Counted from the stretch's first letter, positions 25,461 through 34,758 are shown. The stretch is 64,000 nt of DNA from Phenylobacterium sp. (GCA_028290945.1 JAQGIV010000084.1:11908-75907), one strand, 5' to 3'. Numbers and translations: made by a program. Notes: generated by a model not told the origin, from the letters alone.

Positions 25461-27518
25461 ATGCTGTTCCGACTGCTGTCGCTCGTCCTGCTGCTGGTCG
25501 CCGGCCCGGCGCTGGCCGCCCCGGTGCGCGTCGCCTCCCCTGACAATGTGCTGAGCGTCGAGGTCACCACCGACGGCGACGGCCGGGCCAGCTATGCCGT
25601 GGCGCGCTTCGGCAAGCCGGTGATCGCGCCCTCCAAGCTCGGCTTCCTGCTGGTCGACGCCCCCAAGCTGGACCGCAACATGGCGGTGGCCGAGCTTGGC
25701 CGGCGCTCGGTCGACGAGACCTGGCAGCAGCCGTGGGGCGAATGGCGCGAGATCCGCAACCGCTTCAACGAGCTGCGCGTCGGGGTCACAGAGACCGGCG
25801 GGCTGAAGCGCCATTTCGACGTGGTGTTCCGGGTCTATGACGACGGCGTCGGCTTCCGCTACGAGTTCCCGCAGCAGCCGCAGCTGACCACCGTCAAGGT
25901 GGGCGAGGAGCTGACCGAGTTCGTGCTGGCCCAGCCCGGCGAGGCCTGGTGGAACACCGCCTTCGAGTGGGACCGCGAGGAGTACCTCTACAACCGCACC
26001 CCCATCGAGCAGGTGGGCCTGGCCCAGACCCCGATGACCGTGCGCTATGCCGACGGCCTGCACCTGGCGATCCACGAGGCCGCCCTGGTCGACTATTCCG
26101 GCATGAACCTGGCGCGCGTGGAGGGCCGGCGCTTCAAGGCCGCCCTGACGCAAAGCGTCGGCGACGCCAAGGCGACGCGCACGACGCCGTTCACCACGCC
26201 CTGGCGGACCCTCCAGATCGCCGACAGCGCCGGCGGCCTCTACCAGTCGCACCTGATCCTGAACCTCAACGAGCCCAACAAGCTCGGCGACGTGTCCTGG
26301 TTCAAGCCCGGCAAGTTCGTCGGCATCTGGTGGGACATGCACCTGGACAACAAGACCTGGAACTCGGGGCCCAAGCACGGCGCCACCACGGCCGAGGCCA
26401 TGCGCTACATCGACTTCGCCGCCGCCCACCACATCCAGGGCGTACTGGTCGAGGGCTGGAACAAGGGTTGGGACGGCGAGTGGTTCGGCCACGGGTCGGA
26501 CTTCAGCTTCACCGAGGCCTATCCCGACTTCGATATCGAGAAGGTCACCGGCTACGCCCGCTCCAAGGGCGTGCGCCTGGTCGGCCACAACGAGACCGGG
26601 GCCAACGCCGCCCGCTACGAGAGCCAGATGGAGGCGGCCTTCGCCCTCTACGAAAAGCTGGGGATCGAGCAGGTGAAGACCGGCTACGTCTCCGACGCCG
26701 CCCAGGCCCAGGTGATCGGCGCCGACGGCAAGCCGCACCTCGCCTGGCACGAAAGCCAGGACATGGTGCGCCACTACCAGCGCGTGATCGAGGCCGCCGC
26801 CCGCCACCATATCGCCATCGACACCCACGAGCCGGTCAAGGACACCGGCCTGCGGCGCACCTACCCCAACTGGGTGGCCCGCGAGGGCTCGCGCGGCCAG
26901 GAGTACAACGCCTGGGGCAGCCCGGGGAATCCGCCGGAGCACGAGACCAACCTGCTGTTCACCCGCATGCTCGAGGGGCCCATGGACTTCACGCCCGGCG
27001 TGTTCGGCATGAAGACCCGCTCGCCCGACGGGGTGCCGACCACCTGGGCCAAGCAGCTGGCGCTCTATGTGGTGCTCTACAGCCCGATCCAGATGGCCGC
27101 CGACCGGATCGAGAACTACGAGGCCAATCCCAAGCCCTTCAAGTTCATCGAGGACGTGCCCACCGACTGGTCCGACACCCGCGTGGTGAACGGCGAGGTG
27201 GGCGACTACGCGACCGTCGTGCGCAAGGACCGTCGCAGCGACGACTGGTATCTGGGCTCGATCACCGACGAGTTCGGCCGCGTGCTGACGGTGCGGCTGG
27301 GCTTCCTCGATCCCGGCCGCCGCTACCGCGCGGAGATCTATCGCGACGGCCCGGCCGCCGACTGGAAGACCGCGCCCAGCGACATGGTCATCGAGCAGCG
27401 CGAGGTCTCCTCCGCCGACACCCTGACCCTGCGGCTGGCGGCCGGCGGCGGCCAGGCCATCCGCTTCACCCCGATCCCGGGCGGCAAGCCGCAGAGGGAG
27501 GCCGATCATCGCCATTGA
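25461..27518 (+). CDS. Glycoside hydrolase family 97 (SusB-like alpha-glucosidase)
   Basis: Signal peptide; FRVYDDGVGFRY, TPWR, WFKPGK..GIWW, LVEGWN, VKTGY, REGSRGQEY, GPMDFTPG. Confidence 0.93.
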   Translation: MLFRLLSLVLLLVAGPALAAPVRVASPDNVLSVEVTTDGDGRASYAVARFGKPVIAPSKLGFLLVDAPKLDRNMAVAELGRRSVDETWQQPWGEWREIRNRFNELRVGVTETGGLKRHFDVVFRVYDDGVGFRYEFPQQPQLTTVKVGEELTEFVLAQPGEAWWNTAFEWDREEYLYNRTPIEQVGLAQTPMTVRYADGLHLAIHEAALVDYSGMNLARVEGRRFKAALTQSVGDAKATRTTPFTTPWRTLQIADSAGGLYQSHLILNLNEPNKLGDVSWFKPGKFVGIWWDMHLDNKTWNSGPKHGATTAEAMRYIDFAAAHHIQGVLVEGWNKGWDGEWFGHGSDFSFTEAYPDFDIEKVTGYARSKGVRLVGHNETGANAARYESQMEAAFALYEKLGIEQVKTGYVSDAAQAQVIGADGKPHLAWHESQDMVRHYQRVIEAAARHHIAIDTHEPVKDTGLRRTYPNWVAREGSRGQEYNAWGSPGNPPEHETNLLFTRMLEGPMDFTPGVFGMKTRSPDGVPTTWAKQLALYVVLYSPIQMAADRIENYEANPKPFKFIEDVPTDWSDTRVVNGEVGDYATVVRKDRRSDDWYLGSITDEFGRVLTVRLGFLDPGRRYRAEIYRDGPAADWKTAPSDMVIEQREVSSADTLTLRLAAGGGQAIRFTPIPGGKPQREADHRH

Positions 27519-27522
27519 CCGC

Positions 27523-29142
27523 GTGACCCGCGCCGCCCCCGCCGCCGGCGTGCTCGCCGACCGGCGCGGCGCCTGGGCCTTCTGGATCGGCTGTGCGGCC
27601 GTGACCGCCGGCGTGCTGGCGCACCTGCCGATGGTCTGGATGGGCCGCCACATGGGCTTCCGCCTGGCCGGCATGCCGATGGATCCCCTGATGATCGGCG
27701 GCATGGGGCTGATCGTGGCCGGCGTCGCCGTGGCGGGCTTCGGCCTGCTGCCGCGCCGCGGCCCCGACGCCAGGGCGCAGGCTTCCACCGTGCAGGTCAC
27801 CCCGCCGGAGGACGCGCCGCTGACGGCGGCCCACTGGCGGCTGATGGCGCTGTTGGTGGTGGCCCTGGTGATCGACGTGATGAAGCCGGCCAGCCTCGGG
27901 TTCGTGGTGCCGGGCATGGTCGCCGAATATGGCGTGCCGCGGGCCACCGTCGCCATCCTGCCGTTCACGGCCCTGGCGGGCACGGCCTGCGGCTCGGTGG
28001 TCTGGGGCGTGCTGGCCGACATCTATGGCCGAAGGGCCTCGATCCTGCTGTCGGCGGTGATGTTCGTCGGCACCTCGATCTGCGGGGCCATGCCGAGCCT
28101 GTGGTGGAACGTCGGCATGTGCTTCCTGATGGGCGCGGCGGCGGGCGGCATGCTGCCGGTGGCCTACGCCCTGCTGGCCGAGGCCATGCCGTCGCGGCAC
28201 CGGGGCTGGAGCCTGGTGCTGATCGGCGGGCTGGGCGCGGTCGGCGGCTATCTGGCGGCCAGCGGCCTCTCGGCCCTGCTGCAGCCGACCTTCGGCTGGC
28301 GGATCATGTGGTTCCTGGGGATGCCGACCGGCCTGATCCTGATCCTGCTGAACGGCGCCATCCCGGAGTCCGCCAAGTTCCTGCTCAGCCTCGGCCGGGT
28401 CGAGGAGGCGCACGCCGTGCTGCGCCGGTTCGGCTCGCGCATCGTCGAGGCGCCGGACCCCCAGGCCGCCCCCGCCGGAGCCGTTCGTGGGCTCGCGCCG
28501 ATCCCGCCGGTCGCCGGCGTCTATCTCGGCAAGGCCGTGTCGCTGTCGATCGTCGCCCTGGCCTGGGGCCTGGTGAATTTCGGCCTGCTGCTCTGGCTGC
28601 CCGCCGACCTGGCCGCCCGGGGCTATTCCATGGGCGCCCTCAGCCGCCTCCTGGCGCTGTCGGCGCTGATCGCCGCGCCCACGGTGTTCGTATGCGCCTT
28701 CCTCTACAGCCGCTGGAGCGCCAAGTGGTCGCTGATCGTCATGATCGGGACCATGGCGCTGGGCCTGGCGCTGGTGCTGCAGATGCTGACCGCCAGCGGT
28801 CCGACGCTCAGCCCGATCCTGCCGGTGGCGCTGCTGATCGTCGGCTCGAACGGCGTGCTGGCGATCCTGCTGCCCTACACCGCCGAGAGCTATCCGCTGC
28901 GGGTGCGCGGCCGCGCCACCGGCTGGGTGGCCGGCTGCTCCAAGTTCGGCGGCCTCGTCGCCCAGCTGCTGTCGATGCTGGTGGTGGTCCCCGCCGTGGG
29001 CCTGGCGGCGGGCCTGATCATGATCCCCACGCTGCTGGCCATGGTCCTGGTCGCCCGCTTCGGCACCGAGACCCGCGGCCGCGACCTGCGCGAGCTGGAA
29101 GCGCCGGCCGCGCCGGCTCTCGCGGCCGTGGCCGGCGGCTAG
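27523..29142 (+). CDS. MFS transporter
   Basis: ADIYGRR motif A, PESAKFL, YTAESYP..VRGRATG. Confidence 0.88.
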   Translation: MTRAAPAAGVLADRRGAWAFWIGCAAVTAGVLAHLPMVWMGRHMGFRLAGMPMDPLMIGGMGLIVAGVAVAGFGLLPRRGPDARAQASTVQVTPPEDAPLTAAHWRLMALLVVALVIDVMKPASLGFVVPGMVAEYGVPRATVAILPFTALAGTACGSVVWGVLADIYGRRASILLSAVMFVGTSICGAMPSLWWNVGMCFLMGAAAGGMLPVAYALLAEAMPSRHRGWSLVLIGGLGAVGGYLAASGLSALLQPTFGWRIMWFLGMPTGLILILLNGAIPESAKFLLSLGRVEEAHAVLRRFGSRIVEAPDPQAAPAGAVRGLAPIPPVAGVYLGKAVSLSIVALAWGLVNFGLLLWLPADLAARGYSMGALSRLLALSALIAAPTVFVCAFLYSRWSAKWSLIVMIGTMALGLALVLQMLTASGPTLSPILPVALLIVGSNGVLAILLPYTAESYPLRVRGRATGWVAGCSKFGGLVAQLLSMLVVVPAVGLAAGLIMIPTLLAMVLVARFGTETRGRDLRELEAPAAPALAAVAGG

Positions 29143-29145
29143 ACC

Positions 29146-30672
29146 TCAGGCCGGGACCGGCGGCGGCTTGGCCGCGCAGTGCTGGTCGATGAAGGCCTGG
29201 TGGCTCGGCATGGCCGCCACCCGGTCGAGCACGCCACGCCGGACATTGGCCAGCAGCAGGTTCAGCTCGTCGTCGGCCATCACGTCGGCCACCGGATGGT
29301 GGTCCTGCGGCGTCAGCCCCTGGCCGTAGAGGATGGCGAACCAGTTCATCTCCTGGAACAGCTCCTGCGGCTCGGCCAGCACCTCGCCGCGGGTGCGGAA
29401 CCACGCCAGCTTGGCGTCCAGCGAGTCGGGCACGCTCATGTGCTTGCAGTAGCGCCAGAACGGCGTGTCCTCGCGCTCGGTCACCTTGTAGTGGGCGATG
29501 ACGAAGTCGCGGACGTGGGCGAACTCGCGCTCCAGCTCGAGGTTGAAGCGGTCGATCACCCGGCTGTCGAGCCGTCCCTGCGGGAACATCGCCAGCAGTT
29601 TGGAGATGGTCGCCTGGATCAGGTGGATGCTGGTGGACTCCAGGGGTTCGAGGAAGCCGCTCGATAGGCCGAGCGCCACGCAGTTCTTCACCCAGCTGGC
29701 CTTGCGCCGGCCGGTGACGAACCTGAGGATCCGCGGCTCGGCCAGCGCCGCGCCGTCGAGGCGGCCCGACAGCGCCTCGACCGCCTGGTCCTCGCCGATG
29801 AACTCGTTGCAGAACACATAGCCGTTGCCGGTGCGGTTCTGCAGCGGGATGCGCCACTGCCAGCCGGCCTCGCGGGCCGTCGAGCGGGTGTAGGGGATCG
29901 GGTCCTCGATCCGCGCGCAGGGCACGGCGGCGGCCCGGTTGACCGGCAGCCAGCGGCTCCAGTCCTCGTAGCCGGCCTTCAGGGTCTCCTCGATCAGCAG
30001 GCCGCGGAAACCGGAGCAGTCCAGGAAGAAGTCGCCGCGGACCTTGCCGCCGTCCTTCAGGTCGAGGGCCTCGATATAGCCGCTCTCGGGATCCTGATGG
30101 ACCTTGACCACCTGGCCCTCCACCCGCTTGACGCCGCGCTTCTCGGCGTAGCGGCGCAGGTAGGCGGCGTAGAGGCTGGCGTCGAAATGGAAGGCGTAGT
30201 TGATCTTCGGCAGCCGCCCGCCGGCGCCGTCGGGCGTGCGCATGAACTTGCCCTGACGCGCCGCCTCGCCCTCGGCGATGAAGCGCAGGTTGTCCGGGTC
30301 GCCGCCAGCCTTCAGCCAACGGATCCAGTGGTGCGAGAAGGCGATGCCGTTGGCGTTGACGCCGAACGGCCCGAAGGGGTGCAGGTAGCGGTGGCCGAGC
30401 CGGCGCCAATCCTCGAACTCGATGCCCAGCTTGAAGGTGGCGTTGGTCTCGCGGACGAACTCGTCCTCGTCGATGCCCAACAGGTTGTTGAACAGGATGA
30501 TCGGCGGGATGGTGGCCTCGCCGACCCCCACCGTGCCGATCAGGTCGGACTCGATCAGGGTGATGGTCTGGCCTTGCGTCCCCACCACCTTGGAGAGGGC
30601 GGCGGCGGCCATCCAGCCGGCGGTGCCGCCGCCGACGATGACGATGTCGCGGATCCGGCTGTCCTGGCTCAA
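29146..30672 (-). CDS. Tryptophan halogenase family flavoprotein B
   Basis: GGGTAGW, GVGEAT, ATFKLGI, WQWRIP, FLEPLESTSI. Confidence 0.92.
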   Translation of the reverse strand: MSQDSRIRDIVIVGGGTAGWMAAAALSKVVGTQGQTITLIESDLIGTVGVGEATIPPIILFNNLLGIDEDEFVRETNATFKLGIEFEDWRRLGHRYLHPFGPFGVNANGIAFSHHWIRWLKAGGDPDNLRFIAEGEAARQGKFMRTPDGAGGRLPKINYAFHFDASLYAAYLRRYAEKRGVKRVEGQVVKVHQDPESGYIEALDLKDGGKVRGDFFLDCSGFRGLLIEETLKAGYEDWSRWLPVNRAAAVPCARIEDPIPYTRSTAREAGWQWRIPLQNRTGNGYVFCNEFIGEDQAVEALSGRLDGAALAEPRILRFVTGRRKASWVKNCVALGLSSGFLEPLESTSIHLIQATISKLLAMFPQGRLDSRVIDRFNLELEREFAHVRDFVIAHYKVTEREDTPFWRYCKHMSVPDSLDAKLAWFRTRGEVLAEPQELFQEMNWFAILYGQGLTPQDHHPVADVMADDELNLLLANVRRGVLDRVAAMPSHQAFIDQHCAAKPPPVPA

Positions 30673-32174
30673 CGGGGGGCTCCTCGTGCGGATCGGGCGG
30701 CGGCGAGCTGCGACTGCAGGGTGGGCGCCGCGGTCACCTCGGCGGCGATGAACCGCAGCATGTTCTGCAGCTGCTGGATCTGTTCCTGCGGCGTCACCAG
30801 GCCGACCAGCGGGTCGTGGTCCTGCGGGATCAGGCCGTGGCCGACGAAGATCGAGGTCCAGCTGGAGGGCTGGAAGGTCTCGTCGTCGTAGAGCGCGATG
30901 CGGCCGCGGCCGGCGAACAGCCGCAGCTTGTAGGCCAGCTCGTCCGGCGCCGGCGTGTCGCGGGCGCGGTCCCAGAAGGCGTCGTCGCGCCGCTGGTTCA
31001 GCTTGTAGTGGGCGATCTGGAAGTCGCGGAGGTTGCGGGCGTGGGCGGCGAGGCGGGCGTTGTAGGCCTTGGCCTCCGCCATCTCATCGGCGTCCACCGG
31101 GAACAGCGAGATCAGCAGCGACAGGCCGGTCTGGACGAGATGCAGCGGGGCGGCGTCGAGCGGCTCCAGGGCCACCGCTGCGTCGCCGATCGCCACGCAG
31201 TTGCCGACCCAGGCGCCCGGCCTGCGCCCGGCGCGGAACGGCGCAGCCACCGCCTCGCCCTGCAAGGTCAGGCCGGTGAGCACCGGCAGGGAGGCCAATA
31301 GGTCCTCGTCCGAGGTGCCGGCGGAGTCGTAGCAGCACACGATCGCGGTGCGGTCCTGCAGCGGATAGAGGCCGATCCAGCCGCCGCGGAAGGCCGCGAT
31401 CTGGCTGTAGGCCGGCGCGGGGTCGAGGCGCGGACCCGACGCGACCAGGACGCGGTCGCAGGCCAGCCACTGGCTCCACGGCTCGAACCCGGCGCCCGGC
31501 AGGCGCTCGATCAGGGCGCCGTGGGCGCCGGAGGCGTCGACGAACAGGTCGGCCTGCACAAGGCTGCCGTCGCTCAGCGTCAGCGAGACGATCCGCTCGC
31601 CCTCGACCTCTATCTCGCCGAGGCCCGAGGCGACGCCGACCACGCCCATCCGCAGCGCCTGCTCGCGCAGCAGCCGCACGTAGGCAAGCGCGTCGAGGTG
31701 ATAGCCATGCGCCGGCTGCGCGAACCCCTGGGCGGGCTCGCCGGCCGGCGGCATCCGGCCCTGTTTGGCCATGGCCGCGCCCAGCGAGAACTCCTCGAAA
31801 TCGAGCTTCAGCCCCTCGGCGCGGCCTCTGACCCAGTAGTGGATCAGGTCGACGTTGTTGAGGCCCACCGGCTGGGTGTCGTAGGCGTGCAGGAACGGCG
31901 GCCGGCCCGCCGACCAGTTGGCGAACCGCTGGCCGAGCGCATAGAGGCCTGAGCAGGCCGCGATCAACTGGGCCTCGTCGACGCCCAGGATCCGGTGCAG
32001 GCCGGCCAGGCTCGGCAGCGACATGTAGGCGTCGACCGGCGACAGCAGCGAGGGCAGCTCGACCACCTGCACCTGCACGCCGGTGCGGCCGAAGGCCCGC
32101 TGCAGGCCGAGCGCGGTGAGCCAGGCCGCGGCGTCGCGGCCGACCACCACCACCTTGGCGATCGGCCGGGTCAT
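30669..32174 (-). CDS. Degenerate tryptophan-halogenase-like protein C
   Basis: Full-length colinear homologue with GRDAAAW, LYALGQ, WIGLYP and LEPLDAAP replacing the canonical motifs. Confidence 0.85.
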   Translation of the reverse strand: MTRPIAKVVVVGRDAAAWLTALGLQRAFGRTGVQVQVVELPSLLSPVDAYMSLPSLAGLHRILGVDEAQLIAACSGLYALGQRFANWSAGRPPFLHAYDTQPVGLNNVDLIHYWVRGRAEGLKLDFEEFSLGAAMAKQGRMPPAGEPAQGFAQPAHGYHLDALAYVRLLREQALRMGVVGVASGLGEIEVEGERIVSLTLSDGSLVQADLFVDASGAHGALIERLPGAGFEPWSQWLACDRVLVASGPRLDPAPAYSQIAAFRGGWIGLYPLQDRTAIVCCYDSAGTSDEDLLASLPVLTGLTLQGEAVAAPFRAGRRPGAWVGNCVAIGDAAVALEPLDAAPLHLVQTGLSLLISLFPVDADEMAEAKAYNARLAAHARNLRDFQIAHYKLNQRRDDAFWDRARDTPAPDELAYKLRLFAGRGRIALYDDETFQPSSWTSIFVGHGLIPQDHDPLVGLVTPQEQIQQLQNMLRFIAAEVTAAPTLQSQLAAARSARGAPR

Positions 32175-32178
32175 GCCC

Positions 32179-32190
32179 GACAGCGCTGTC
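32179..32190. promoter_or_regulatory. LacI-type operator 4
   Basis: GACAGCGCTGTC 4 nt upstream of the halogenase C ATG. Confidence 0.8.
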
Positions 32191-32302
32191 TATGCGGCCC
32201 AGCCGTCATGCTTGAAACGCGCGCCACCCGGCCGATCCCCCCAAGGTCTTATGACGCCAAGCTAACCTCAGATGGCCGGCTCCGCCACTGTGGGCGAGGC
32301 GA

Positions 32303-33151
32303 TCAGTCGAACAGCTTTCGCGAGGCCTCGGCCGCCGCCTGGCCGTGCGCGGCGTCGTGGATCGCCTGGTTCTTCGCCAGGTGGGCGAACATCTGGATGC
32401 CGAACCCGCCGTCCAGGTCGTCGGTGATGCGGCGCTTCCACGGACGCCGGATGACTTGGGTGGTCAGGCGGCGCGTCACCCGGGGCTGGCTCATGATGTG
32501 GTCGGCCAGCGTCCAGGCGCGGTCGAGCAGCCGGTCGCGCGGCAGCACCTCGTTGACCATGCCCCAGTCGAGCGCGGTCCGGGCGTCGATGCGCTGGCCG
32601 GTGAGCAGGGCGTAGGCCGCCCGCTTCACGCCGAGCAGTTCCTGCAGGCAGCTGTGGATGCCGTCGCCCGGCACCGAACCCATGTTGAAATGCGGATCGA
32701 AGATCACTGCCTCTTCGGCGCACAGCGTCAGGTCGCACATCAGGCAGATCTCGGCGTGGGCGGCGTGGCCGTTGAGCACCCCGATGGTCGGGATCTCCAG
32801 GTCGTTGATCAGGGCGCTGACGTTTATCCGGCCGTCCTTGTAGGCGTATTCGTAGGCCCAGTGCTGCAGGTCGGCCTCTTCCAGGGCGAAGCCCTCCGGG
32901 TCCAGGGTGGCCAGGAAGTGCTCGCCCGAACCGGTGAGGATCAAGAGCTCGTTCTCGGGGTCGGCGCCGATGGTCTTGAACAGCTGGCCCAGCGCGCGGT
33001 GGTTCTCGACGCTGAGCTGGACCGAGCCGCCCAGGGTGTGCGCCTGGGCCAGCAGCACGCCGTCGGCGCGCCGCTCCAGCTTGAAATGGTCCTTAAAGCG
33101 CTCCTTGTAGTCTTCGAATTTCGGCGTCGGCACGAATGGGCTGAGCGACAT
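32303..33151 (-). CDS. Crotonase superfamily (enoyl-CoA hydratase / beta-diketone hydrolase-like)
   Basis: IPTIGVLNG, HAE..LMCD, DPHF..GSVPGDG, LLTGQRIDA..ALDWGMVNEV. Confidence 0.85.
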   Translation of the reverse strand: MSLSPFVPTPKFEDYKERFKDHFKLERRADGVLLAQAHTLGGSVQLSVENHRALGQLFKTIGADPENELLILTGSGEHFLATLDPEGFALEEADLQHWAYEYAYKDGRINVSALINDLEIPTIGVLNGHAAHAEICLMCDLTLCAEEAVIFDPHFNMGSVPGDGIHSCLQELLGVKRAAYALLTGQRIDARTALDWGMVNEVLPRDRLLDRAWTLADHIMSQPRVTRRLTTQVIRRPWKRRITDDLDGGFGIQMFAHLAKNQAIHDAAHGQAAAEASRKLFD

Positions 33152-33172
33152 GGCCGTGTCTCCGATCAGGGT

Positions 33173-34060
33173 CTAGGTGCGGTCGATTTCGGTGAAGCAG
33201 CTCCAGTCCTTGTCGCGCCAGCCGCGGGCGACGGCGGCGTCCAGCTTGGCGCGCAGCGCCTCGGCGCTCGACAGTCGCAGGTCCACACCTTGCGCGGCGT
33301 CGATCATCAGCTGCACGTCCTTGAGCCCGCCGGCCGCCGTGAAGCCGACGCTGTCGAAGTCGCGCTCGCCGATCTTGGCGATATATTCCCGGGTCCCCGG
33401 ATTGCCGAAGAAGCCCGCCAGCATCTGCGGGACCAGGTCCGGCGGCAGGCCGGCCTTCTCGCCCCAGGCCAGGGACTGGCCGATCAGGTCCATGCCCGAG
33501 GCGCCCAGGAAGTTGGCGATCAGCTTGGCGACGGCGGCCTGCCCCTGGCGCGCGCCGACAACCACCATCATCGGTGCGTAGGCGACGATCACCGCCCGCA
33601 CGCTCTCGATGGCCGTGGGGTCGCCGGCGACGAAGGTCACCAGCTGCGCCGCCTCGGCGGCCGGCACGCGGCCGACGACGGGGCCGGCGACATAGCGGCC
33701 GCCCGCCTCCGCGTGCACTTGGGCGAGCTCATCCGAAAGGCTCGGCGAAACCGTGCTCGTGCCGATGTGGATCGCCCCGGGCCTGAGGCCCGCGAGGACG
33801 CCGTCCGGTCCGGCGACGACGGCCCTCAGCGAGGTGTCGTCCGCCAGGCTTGAGACCACGATGTCGGCCGCCTGGACTGCGGCCGCCGGCGATGTGGCGA
33901 GCTTGGCGCCGGCGCTCACCAGCGGCCCGGCCTTATCCGGCGACCGGTTCCAGACGACCAGGGGATGGCCGGCCCGTTGCAGGTTCGCGGCCATGGCGAG
34001 GCCCATCTTGCCCAGGCCGAGGAAGGCGACGGACGGCTTGTCGGGCGACGGCGTGGTCAT
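33173..34060 (-). CDS. NAD(P)-dependent beta-hydroxyacid dehydrogenase family
   Basis: FLGLGKMG..MAANL, VWNRS, STVSP, AKLIAN, KDV. Confidence 0.9.
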   Translation of the reverse strand: MTTPSPDKPSVAFLGLGKMGLAMAANLQRAGHPLVVWNRSPDKAGPLVSAGAKLATSPAAAVQAADIVVSSLADDTSLRAVVAGPDGVLAGLRPGAIHIGTSTVSPSLSDELAQVHAEAGGRYVAGPVVGRVPAAEAAQLVTFVAGDPTAIESVRAVIVAYAPMMVVVGARQGQAAVAKLIANFLGASGMDLIGQSLAWGEKAGLPPDLVPQMLAGFFGNPGTREYIAKIGERDFDSVGFTAAGGLKDVQLMIDAAQGVDLRLSSAEALRAKLDAAVARGWRDKDWSCFTEIDRT

Positions 34061-34069
34061 CGGACATCT

Positions 34070-34141
34070 CCGTGCATAATGCACGGGCCATCTAGCTCGC
34101 CAGCGTTGCGTCTGACAAGGATATCCGTGCATCATGCACGG
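34070..34141. promoter_or_regulatory. Two MarR-type palindromic operators
   Basis: CCGTGCAT-A-ATGCACGG 34070-34086 and CCGTGCAT-C-ATGCACGG 34125-34141. Confidence 0.8.
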
Positions 34142-34618
34142 ATGAAGGATTGGTCCGACGACATCCACGCCGTTCTGCTGCAGCTCCACGGCTACATGAA
34201 CCGGCCCGATCTCGATCAGGCGTTCCTGGGCCGCGCCGGGGTGAAGCTGGACCGGGCGCTGTTTCCCCTGCTGACGCGGATCGGGCGCTCGCATCCGATC
34301 AGCGTCGTCGAACTGGCCAGCCTGGTGGGCCGCGGCCATTCCACGGTCAGCCGCCAGGTGGCCAAGCTGGAGGCTCTGGGTCTCGTGGAAAGGCAGGTGG
34401 CGAAGGGCGACCAGCGCGTTCGGCTGCTGGAGCCTTCGACAGCCGGCTGGAAGATGCTGGACCGGTTCGCCGTGGCGCGCCGCACGTTCCTGAGCGAGCG
34501 CCTCGGCGGCTGGACGGACGAGGAGCGGTCGACCCTGCTCACCCTGCTGACCAGGCTATCGGCGACGATCGCCACCGACCTGCCGGAGGCACGGCCTGCC
34601 GAGCCGCAACGCTCCTAA
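34142..34618 (+). CDS. MarR family regulator
   Basis: ELASLVGRGHSTVSRQVAKLEALGLVER...DQR. Confidence 0.9.
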   Translation: MKDWSDDIHAVLLQLHGYMNRPDLDQAFLGRAGVKLDRALFPLLTRIGRSHPISVVELASLVGRGHSTVSRQVAKLEALGLVERQVAKGDQRVRLLEPSTAGWKMLDRFAVARRTFLSERLGGWTDEERSTLLTLLTRLSATIATDLPEARPAEPQRS

Positions 34619-34630
34619 GAGCGCGAAGGC

Positions 34631-34687
34631 TGGCGCCCCGGGTCGGACTCGAACCAACACGTCCTCGCGGACAACAGATTTTGAGTC
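34631..34687 (-). pseudogene. 3' half of tRNA-Leu(CAA), att-site remnant
   Basis: - strand GACTCAAAATCTGTTGTCCGCGAGGACGTGTTGGTTCGAGTCCGACCCGGGGCGCCA: CAA anticodon loop, long variable arm, T arm, CCA; no D arm or 5' acceptor strand. Confidence 0.85.
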
Positions 34688-34758
34688 ACACAAGTCTGCG
34701 CCTGGACCAATGACCCGCGGGTGAACGGTCATGGCCGATCCAGTCGCAGCCGCGGATT

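Noticed and set aside
17564-32174. Halogenated natural-product biosynthetic cluster
   Set aside because: No scaffold-building enzymes or flavin reductase; context is carbohydrate uptake
34631-34715. Intact tRNA-Leu gene
   Set aside because: 5' acceptor strand, D arm and most of the 5' anticodon stem are missing
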